Source: a virus
Lineage: Duplodnaviria; Caudoviricetes
Strand: one strand, 5' to 3'
Length of the DNA stretch: 40,234 nucleotides
IMG/VR virus record: IMGVR_UViG_3300036856_000063
Coordinates: 1-40,234 of that record
Shown piece by piece: positions 8,865-15,737 of the stretch (position 1 is its first letter; each line of letters begins with the position of its first letter). A program made the position numbers and the translations under genes. The notes beneath the pieces are model-generated. The model did no database searches. It had not been told where the DNA came from and was given only the letters and a program-made list of their open reading frames with translations.

Positions 8865-10368
8865 CGGGCCGGGCGGCAAGTGGACAGAAAGCGGCAACAA
8901 GAAGAAACCGAGCAAAGGCCATCCTTGGGTGCGCCATCTCAAGAGCGAGCCCGGGGATCAAGACGAGTTCCGCAGGGCGAACAGCGCATTCAAGCAGTTG
9001 ACTCGACTGCCAGACAGCGAATTTCGGACGATTCTACGCAATCCAGAAGAACGCAGCGCGGTCCTGCAATTCACCGTTGACCTCTGGAAAGAATGGGGCG
9101 AACAGCGCACGTTCGTAAGGCCGTTGATGAAGCGTGTGCTGGCGGAATGCAAGCCCGGTAGCCCGCTCGCAGAACTGCATCCCGGTAACATCACGGTCTA
9201 TCGCGGCTACGGGGAACATTCCAAAGGCCCGGGCGGGATCTCATCCTTCAGTACGAGCAGAAAGCTCGCGGCGGACTTTTCGCGTGGACATACCAACGAC
9301 CGCGGTGAGCCGATAAAAGGAAACGTACGCTCGGTCGAGATCACCGCTAAGGACGCTGCGCTGAGCTTCGACCGACTGAAGCGAACGAAGTGGATCAAAA
9401 CCGACCGCTATTTCTTAACTGAAAAAGAAGTGGTCACCAGCAAAGCCGCGCTGCTGGCGCTGTTGGCCAAACGCGAGTTGACCCGGCGCGGGCGCACGGA
9501 CGAGAAGGAAGACGTGGGACTTAAGGTCGTTCTTACACTGGCACTTCACGAGCTGGCCAAGCGAAAACGCGCCAAGCTGCGCATCGACACGCATGATGCG
9601 GCCCTCAACGCGCATCATGTCGAACAGTTTCAGAATGCCGTGGCGAGCTTTCTGCATACCGAGGGGAATCGCGCGGCCGCCCGGGTGGCGCGCTTGCTCG
9701 GACTGCAGAAGGCAAAGAAACCGCCCGAGAGCGGGCCCTCGGCCGAAGACGTGATCGAAGTGGCGGCCAACGTGGAGTGGCACGAACTGGTAGCCCCGGC
9801 CGAGTCTTCACTCTTCGGCGCGGCGGCGCACGGCGGGTCGATCGGCATCGGCCAGCTGGAGATATCGGATGTCGGGTTGATCTCCGCCGCCAGCGAGAAT
9901 GCCCGTGCCTACGCGCATGAGCGGGCAGCCGAATTGGTCGGCATGCAGTGGCGCGGCGGCAAGCTGGTTCCCAATCCGAACGCGAAGTGGCGGATTGACG
10001 AAACGACGCGCAACGAACTGCGGGTGTTAGTCGAGCGCGCTTTCGAACAGGAAACGCCGCTGGAAAAACTGGTCGAGCAGGTCCGCGAGGCGGGCGCGTT
10101 TTCCGAAGGCCGGGCGAAAACCATTGGCCGCACCGAGATCGCCCGGGCCCAGAGCTACGGCACGCTGCATATCTGGCAAACCATGGGCACCGTCAAAACC
10201 GTGCGCTGGGATATGAGCGCCGATCACGACAACCGGGACGGCTGCGACGAGAATCACGCGGCGGGCGCCATTCCGACCGGTCAGCTGTTTCCGACCGGAG
10301 TTCCCTGCCCTCCCGATCACCCGAATTGCCGATGCGCGCTCGTTCCCGTCGAGTTGAACGAGGAGTAG
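7654..10368 (+). CDS. MuF (SPP1 gp7-like) head morphogenesis protein with N-terminal metallopeptidase and ADP-ribosyltransferase-like domains
   Basis: C-terminal IDETTR...RAKTIGRTEIARA...CDENH...PPDHPNCRCALVP; HEVAH at 8323; YRG (9199), SFSTS (9244), EKE (9421); GTGA overlap with the portal stop. Confidence 0.85.
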   Translation: MSLDERWQRALAELARRELRKRATDERDLDEDDPDPAPRVFATYLQSSDWTIVDPAKADLVKIVDERDGRCWFGHIGNGDSDAAKSAAADFAKDYEEDEHPRDEHGRWAPAPGGKKTKPPKERSRGRISEEAPPEAPPEAPLSENERGLSYHARWHAKIARSFAQKLGFPLDKIETSEERLPFSVGTMEGHAAGVADLETGQVTIFANPNNRIGKTQIHGIVAHEVAHVRYESVLNALKKEKQMVRAARRAGLEVSDRANYHLGTNAHVIKDDFAKDFPLLSRFQKFDDEQLMRDDGVSEYSAEYWSVVSKVEDEDFTAGYFYEGAEMAKHETIAEMARLRDVGEDKQRGDRPPSKLWQDYYDEVDKSFAELNRHGDTLYHEKLAAAAAVALAKGDYEEDEHPRGPGGKWTESGNKKKPSKGHPWVRHLKSEPGDQDEFRRANSAFKQLTRLPDSEFRTILRNPEERSAVLQFTVDLWKEWGEQRTFVRPLMKRVLAECKPGSPLAELHPGNITVYRGYGEHSKGPGGISSFSTSRKLAADFSRGHTNDRGEPIKGNVRSVEITAKDAALSFDRLKRTKWIKTDRYFLTEKEVVTSKAALLALLAKRELTRRGRTDEKEDVGLKVVLTLALHELAKRKRAKLRIDTHDAALNAHHVEQFQNAVASFLHTEGNRAAARVARLLGLQKAKKPPESGPSAEDVIEVAANVEWHELVAPAESSLFGAAAHGGSIGIGQLEISDVGLISAASENARAYAHERAAELVGMQWRGGKLVPNPNAKWRIDETTRNELRVLVERAFEQETPLEKLVEQVREAGAFSEGRAKTIGRTEIARAQSYGTLHIWQTMGTVKTVRWDMSADHDNRDGCDENHAAGAIPTGQLFPTGVPCPPDHPNCRCALVPVELNEE

Positions 10369-10457
10369 TTCGTTTTGTAACAGTTCCTGGCGCGCTGGTC
10401 GAGAAAAGGTTTCTCGCTCCGCCACTCTTCTAATAATCACGTAACGGGTCTCCTCTC

Positions 10458-10487
10458 AGGCCACCGCCCTCGATCGGTGGCCTTTTT
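10458..10487 (+). terminator. Intrinsic terminator after the MuF gene
   Basis: AGGCCACCG, 8-nt loop, CGGTGGCCT, then a T run. Confidence 0.65.
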
Positions 10488-10622
10488 CTATTTCCGCCAC
10501 CGCCGCCGAAATGGAAGAGTTTGCCGATTACGAAGACTCGCTCAGCCTCCCCGCATTCGGCTGGCTGACCGACTGTAAATCATCCCGCCGCGCTCAGCGG
10601 CCTGCAAGGAGTTTCTTCACTT

Positions 10623-12665
10623 ATGGCCATTCCGCAATCGGAATTCAGAAAATTCGTCCCTTTTGCCAAGGTGGACGCCGCCAGGCGGGAAGTCTGGGGC
10701 GCCGTCACGGCCGAAGTCCAGGATAAGGACGGCGAGACCTGCCACTACGAATCGAGCAAGGAAGAGTACAAAAGCTGGTCTACCGAGTTCACCAAAGCCA
10801 CTGACGGAAAGAGCTGCGGCAATCTGCGCGAGATGCATCAGCTCAAAGCCGTAGGGAAAGGCGTGGCGATTGATTTCCGCGACAGCCAGCAGGAAATCTT
10901 CATGGGCTTCAAAGTGGTCGACGAAGACGCCTGGCAGAAGGTCGATGAAGGCGTCTACACCGGTTTTTCCCACGGCGGCAAATATAAGAAACGCTGGAGC
11001 GAAAACGGCCAGCGCTATTACACGGCGTTGCCCACCGAGGTGTCCCTCGTCGATAATCCCGCGCTCGGCGTGTGCCACTTCGCCTATATCAAGGCCGACG
11101 GATCGGTCGAGATGCGCAAGACGCGCTCCGCCGAACCATCGACCTGGGTTCACCCAGAGGAAACCGGCCTCTCGCGCGAAGACGTGCAAGAGATCGTGCG
11201 CACGGCGCTCGACGAGTTCGGCAAAGCCGCTGAGAAGAAAACCAAACGCGTGGATGGCGTCGATCTGCCTTCTTCCGCCTTTGCCTATGTGGGCGACCCG
11301 GACGACACCGGGACGTGGAAGCTGCCGATCAAGTTCCCCGACGAAGAGCAGAGCAAATCGCACATCCGCAATGCGCTGGCGCGCTTCTCGCAGACGCAGG
11401 GGATACCGGCCGGCGAGAAATCGAAGGTGCTGGGCCGCATCAAAGCGGCCGCCAAGAAATACGGCATCGGCGGCGACGACGCCGACAAGGCGTTACTCGA
11501 CGAGCTCGATAAAGCGGAGGCCTCGCCCAGCCCGACGTTACGCGACACGCATCTGGTGCAGTACGTCCCGTCCAAGGAAGCGCCCACACCGGAGAACCCG
11601 ACGCCGGTCGGCAGTTTCCAATGCAGCTGCGGCTGGACGTGCCCGGCCGACCCGAATGCGGTCACCGCGATCACCAAGCACCAAAAAGAGAACGTGGACG
11701 AACCCTCGGTCCGCGCTCTCCTGGTGCAGCAGAAAGCGGCCGAAGCGAGCGCGTTGCTCAGCCAGGCCAACGAGCGCGTCGCGAAAGGGCTCTATGACGT
11801 CTCGCAGTTCGCGCAGTTGCTCGAGCAGTTGAGCTGGCTGCAATGGATGGCCGCGGCCGAAGCCGCCCGCGAAGCCGATGACAGCCCGGTGCCGGCCGCC
11901 TTGCTCGACCAGATTCGAACCCTGTGTCAGACCTTCCTGCAGATGGCGGAAGAAGAGACCGGGGAATTGTTGACGCGCGAAAACCCGGAGCAGCATGGCA
12001 TGCCTATGCGGCTCGCGACTCACGCGCAGTTGAAAAAAGCTTCTGCGCTGCTCACCCGGGCAGCCCAGATTTCCAAATCACAGGCCGGTCAACCGGCACA
12101 AGGAGCAAATACTATGTCGGACCTCACCAAAAAGGCCGGACTCATCGAGCATCTCCAGAAAGCCAAAGCGGATGCTCAGGATCACCACGAAAAAATGCAG
12201 GCCCAGCTCGATAAATGCGTCGGGTGCGTAGGCGGCGAAGACGACCAGGACGCGCAGGGCGGCGGCATGGGCGACAAGAAGAAAGCCGCCACCTCGGAAA
12301 AGACCGCTGCGTCGAAAGGCACGACCGAGGAAGCCGTTGCCAAAACGGCTGCCCCCGCCAAAACAGCCGAATCCGAAGATTTCCTGAAAACCGTCGAGAC
12401 CCGTGTCAACGAAACGCTCGCCGGGTTTAAGAGCCAGTTCGAAGAGCTGCTCGGCAAGCTGAACGAGCAGCTGGAACCGCCCAAGGCCAAGCAGACCGGG
12501 CGTGTGGTCACGAAGACGCAGGATTCCAAGGTGCCAGCCGAATCCGAAGAACAAGAAGAAGAAGCCGAGCCCGTCTTCAAAGCGGCTGGCGCGCCAGCGC
12601 TAGCGGTCAGCGACGAGTATCGGACCGCCATGAAGCGGATCAAGGGTGTCCCGCTCCAGCAGTAG
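10623..12665 (+). CDS. Prohead maturation protease (XkdF/HK97-like) fused to extra domains and scaffold
   Basis: FAKVDAARREVWG, LREMH, YTGFSHGG, EVSLVDNPA in about the first 165 aa; AAGGAG RBS; position just before the capsid gene. Confidence 0.85.
   Translation: MAIPQSEFRKFVPFAKVDAARREVWGAVTAEVQDKDGETCHYESSKEEYKSWSTEFTKATDGKSCGNLREMHQLKAVGKGVAIDFRDSQQEIFMGFKVVDEDAWQKVDEGVYTGFSHGGKYKKRWSENGQRYYTALPTEVSLVDNPALGVCHFAYIKADGSVEMRKTRSAEPSTWVHPEETGLSREDVQEIVRTALDEFGKAAEKKTKRVDGVDLPSSAFAYVGDPDDTGTWKLPIKFPDEEQSKSHIRNALARFSQTQGIPAGEKSKVLGRIKAAAKKYGIGGDDADKALLDELDKAEASPSPTLRDTHLVQYVPSKEAPTPENPTPVGSFQCSCGWTCPADPNAVTAITKHQKENVDEPSVRALLVQQKAAEASALLSQANERVAKGLYDVSQFAQLLEQLSWLQWMAAAEAAREADDSPVPAALLDQIRTLCQTFLQMAEEETGELLTRENPEQHGMPMRLATHAQLKKASALLTRAAQISKSQAGQPAQGANTMSDLTKKAGLIEHLQKAKADAQDHHEKMQAQLDKCVGCVGGEDDQDAQGGGMGDKKKAATSEKTAASKGTTEEAVAKTAAPAKTAESEDFLKTVETRVNETLAGFKSQFEELLGKLNEQLEPPKAKQTGRVVTKTQDSKVPAESEEQEEEAEPVFKAAGAPALAVSDEYRTAMKRIKGVPLQQ
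12114..12665 (+). CDS. Putative nested in-frame scaffolding protein
   Basis: AAGGAG at 12100-12105 precedes an in-frame ATG at 12114 (MSDLTKKAG...); charged coiled-coil sequence. Confidence 0.55.
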   Translation: MSDLTKKAGLIEHLQKAKADAQDHHEKMQAQLDKCVGCVGGEDDQDAQGGGMGDKKKAATSEKTAASKGTTEEAVAKTAAPAKTAESEDFLKTVETRVNETLAGFKSQFEELLGKLNEQLEPPKAKQTGRVVTKTQDSKVPAESEEQEEEAEPVFKAAGAPALAVSDEYRTAMKRIKGVPLQQ

Positions 12666-12723
12666 CCGTAGCCCCTGTGTTCACAGTTAGCCCTCTCACT
12701 TTTTTACAAAGGAAACAATTTTA

Positions 12724-14232
12724 GTGGAACGTTTAGATCAGGCGACGTATCAGTCGCTCGCCGCGAACGCAACGCGTAATTTGCGCAAAGATGCAACCAC
12801 GCAGGGTATTACGACAGCCACCGGGATGGTCTTCTATGACCTCCGGCCCCCGGCTTACCTGCTGTATCCGGTCAACACGCCACTGCGTAACTCGATCCCG
12901 CGCGCCGGGCGAGTCAACGCCGGCGTCGGTACCGCCGCACACTGGAAAGCTTTCATCAACCCGAATGCGACGAATAACTATTCGGGCGTGGCAGAAGGCC
13001 AGCGCAACGCCTTCCTGAGCTTCCAGGAAAAAGACTACACCGCGCCGTACAAGGAAATCGGCCAGGAGTCTTTCACCACCTTCACCGGGCAGTTCGCGGC
13101 CGAAGGCTTCAGCGATCCGATGGCAGACAGCCAGACTATGGTGCTGCACTCGATCATGCTTTCCGAGGAAGGCATGTTGATCGGCGGGAATACCAGCTAC
13201 CAGCTGGGCACCACACCCACCCCCACCGTAGCCTTGGCGGCCGGCACCGGGTTTACCACCGGCGCCACGGTCTCCGTCGCGGTCGTGGCCATCACTCATT
13301 TCGGCTACACGTTGCAAGGCGGCACCGCGGCCGTCACGAGCGGCCTCTCGCCTACCATCACACGCAACAACGCGGACGGTTCGACGACCACCGTCAATGG
13401 CGGGCTGGCGGCCATCAGCGCTATGTCCACCGTCGCGACAACCACCGCTGGCAATAACCAGGTAACGGCCAAGGTCGCCGCCGTCAAAGGCGCAGTGGCC
13501 TACGCCTGGTTCGTCAACACCACCGACGCCTCGGGCCCCACCCTCGCGAATGCGAAACTCGCCGCCATCACCACCGTCCCGACCGCCACTATTACGGCCG
13601 CCGCGGCCGGCACCCAGAACGGAGCCGCGACCGGCCTGAATACCGATACCTCCACCAACTCTCTGTCCTTCGATGGGTTTCTGAGCTTCGCCGCTCAGAG
13701 CGGCATCTGGACGGATCTCGGAGGTACCGCGCTCACCCCGAACGGAGACGGCTCGATCAAGGAGATCGAAACGGTTCTCGCGCAATTGTGGAACACCTAT
13801 CAGGCCACGGTGGACACGATCTATGTCTCCTCCGAGCAGTTGACCCTGATCACCAAAGCGGTCTTCGCCGGTACCGGCGGCAATGCAGGATCGTACCGAA
13901 TCCAGTTGAACCCCGCGGACCAGAACAAGATCATCGCCGGTTCGATGACCGTCAGCTACATCTCGAAGTTCACCATGACCGGAGCGAAGAACATCGACAT
14001 CCGGCTGCATCCCGCTCTCACGCCGGGAACCATGTATTTTGACATTTCGACCAACCCCTATCCGCATAGCCGGGTGGCCAACGTGCGCGAAATCCTGACA
14101 CAACGCGACTATTACAGCCTGCTGTATCCGATCCGGACCCGACGTTGGGAGTACGGCACCTATGTGCATGAAGTGCTGGCACACCGCTTGCCGCAACTCA
14201 GCGCCGTCATCACCGGCGCCGCCCTCAGCTAA
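12724..14232 (+). CDS. Major capsid protein with Thr/Ala-rich insertion domain
   Basis: Follows protease/scaffold; 502 aa; AAAGGA RBS and GTG start; FYDLRPPAYLLYPVNTPLRNSIPR, SFDGFL, C-terminal EVLAHRLPQLSAVITG. Confidence 0.8.
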   Translation: MERLDQATYQSLAANATRNLRKDATTQGITTATGMVFYDLRPPAYLLYPVNTPLRNSIPRAGRVNAGVGTAAHWKAFINPNATNNYSGVAEGQRNAFLSFQEKDYTAPYKEIGQESFTTFTGQFAAEGFSDPMADSQTMVLHSIMLSEEGMLIGGNTSYQLGTTPTPTVALAAGTGFTTGATVSVAVVAITHFGYTLQGGTAAVTSGLSPTITRNNADGSTTTVNGGLAAISAMSTVATTTAGNNQVTAKVAAVKGAVAYAWFVNTTDASGPTLANAKLAAITTVPTATITAAAAGTQNGAATGLNTDTSTNSLSFDGFLSFAAQSGIWTDLGGTALTPNGDGSIKEIETVLAQLWNTYQATVDTIYVSSEQLTLITKAVFAGTGGNAGSYRIQLNPADQNKIIAGSMTVSYISKFTMTGAKNIDIRLHPALTPGTMYFDISTNPYPHSRVANVREILTQRDYYSLLYPIRTRRWEYGTYVHEVLAHRLPQLSAVITGAALS

Positions 14233-14297
14233 GATGGCCGGGCGCTTTTTGGAACTTCGGTGCCCGGAAGCCCCGGCTTTTTGAAGAGAGGTACGTT

Positions 14298-14573
14298 TTG
14301 GCAACTTTAGAAATCAAAGTCTTGAAGCCGCAAGGAGCAAGTATGGCGTGGGCCTTAAAGAAAAATCCCAATGCGCCGGTCGAACCGGTCCACCATGATC
14401 CGGATCGCTGCATGGGGTGCGGCCACCTGGAAAATCAACACATCGAAGGCGTGGGCTGCACGGTGGACGGCGGGACGAAATACATCGAGGAGAGCGCATC
14501 CGGGGAAGGGCGGCTCGCCTGTGCCTGCACCACGTTCCTGGCAGCGCCCGAAAAGGAGCAGGCGCATGTCTAA
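14298..14573 (+). CDS. Small Cys/His-rich protein
   Basis: CMGCGH..H...C...CACTTF; start 14298 (TTG) or 14343 (ATG preceded by AAGGAG). Confidence 0.6.
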   Translation: MATLEIKVLKPQGASMAWALKKNPNAPVEPVHHDPDRCMGCGHLENQHIEGVGCTVDGGTKYIEESASGEGRLACACTTFLAAPEKEQAHV

Positions 14574-15258
14574 AAAAACAACAACCGACTGGGATAGCGC
14601 CTTGCCTGGCGCGGCCGGCTCACTCGATGCAGTGCTGATCCGGGCGGACGGTTCGCATCGCGATCTGGGTTGTCTCTCGAAGCGGCCGCGGCTGCTGGGC
14701 CGGCCCATTCAGTGGTGGCGGGCCTTGTGGAAGACGCTGCGGGATAAGGGCATTATTCCGATCAGCATGGGCTTTGCGGCGTTCCTGAGCCTCTACGGCG
14801 TGGTCGATCACCCGGAGAAGATGCTGGAACTCTTCCGCGATCCGCGCGTGCACGGTGTCTTTTTCGGCACGGTGGGCTTAGTCGTGACGGGCGGCGCCAA
14901 CTTCCTCGCCGCCGATTTTGCGTCGGGCCAGGCCTCGCCGCGCATCTCTTCGATGAACTTCCATGATTCGGGCACCGGCACGCTAGCGGAAACGTCGACC
15001 GATTCCGGCTTGAGCGCGCAGGCGGGCCCCACGACCCGCGCGACCGGCACGCAAAGTAGTCCCGCCACCAACCAGTACCGCACCGCCGGGACGATCACTT
15101 ATACCGGGGCGTTGGCCATCACGGAATGGGCGTTGTTTAATCAGGCGGCGCAGGGCGGCACCATGTGGGATCACCGGGTTTTCGGGGCGATCAACGTCGC
15201 GAGCGGAGACTCCGTCCAATTCACGTACACTTTGCAAATTAACGCCGGTGGAACATAG
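14566..15258 (+). CDS. Virion structural beta-protein (fibre base/decoration-like)
   Basis: AAGGAG RBS and ATG at 14566; VVTGGANFLA, GTGT, ITEWALFN, GTMWDHRVF, FTYTLQI; similar to the 37387-37773 protein. Confidence 0.65.
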   Translation: MSKKTTTDWDSALPGAAGSLDAVLIRADGSHRDLGCLSKRPRLLGRPIQWWRALWKTLRDKGIIPISMGFAAFLSLYGVVDHPEKMLELFRDPRVHGVFFGTVGLVVTGGANFLAADFASGQASPRISSMNFHDSGTGTLAETSTDSGLSAQAGPTTRATGTQSSPATNQYRTAGTITYTGALAITEWALFNQAAQGGTMWDHRVFGAINVASGDSVQFTYTLQINAGGT

Positions 15259-15263
15259 ACCGC

Positions 15264-15737
15264 ATGAAAGTGGTCGTTCCGTTTGCCACCTCGGCCGCGA
15301 TGCTGCCGGCGGTCGAGCTCGCGCTGCGGCAGGATGGCGTCGAGGCCGACTTCCGGCACATGACGGCCGACGATAGCTATTACCAGTTACTCGTCGAACT
15401 GTGGCGCGGCCGGGAAACCTTCGCGCTGGTCGAGCATGACATCATCCCTTGGCCAGGCGCTTTGCAACAGCTGGAAAACTGTCCCGAGGCCTGGTGCACG
15501 TTCCCGTATTACTGTTCCGTCGGTTGGATTGAAGACGGCCTGGGCTGTGTGAAGTTCGGTAAGGAACTGCTGGTTTCCCACCCGTCCTTTCTGGATGAGC
15601 CGTTTCCGCCTTGCTGTAACCATACCAAGTACTACTGCGGTCTCGACCGGTTGATCGCGCATCGCTGTGAGCAGTTAGGCATAGCGCCGCATGTGCACGC
15701 GCCGGGCGTGGTCAACCTGAATGAACGCTGGACCTGA
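15264..15737 (+). CDS. Small GT-A-like glycosyltransferase
   Basis: N-terminal KVVVPF strand, ALVEHDIIPWPG (DxD-like), GLGCVKF, D in GLDRLI, HVH near the C-terminus. Confidence 0.5.
   Translation: MKVVVPFATSAAMLPAVELALRQDGVEADFRHMTADDSYYQLLVELWRGRETFALVEHDIIPWPGALQQLENCPEAWCTFPYYCSVGWIEDGLGCVKFGKELLVSHPSFLDEPFPPCCNHTKYYCGLDRLIAHRCEQLGIAPHVHAPGVVNLNERWT

Noticed and set aside
10511-10726. 71-aa ORF as an immunity gene for the MuF effectors
   Set aside because: It lies after the terminator hairpin, has no RBS, overlaps the protease gene out of frame by about 100 bp, and has no protein-like features I can support.
14237-14282. Terminator after the capsid gene
   Set aside because: A T run is present but the stem is bulged or has an overlong loop; not supportable without a folding calculation.
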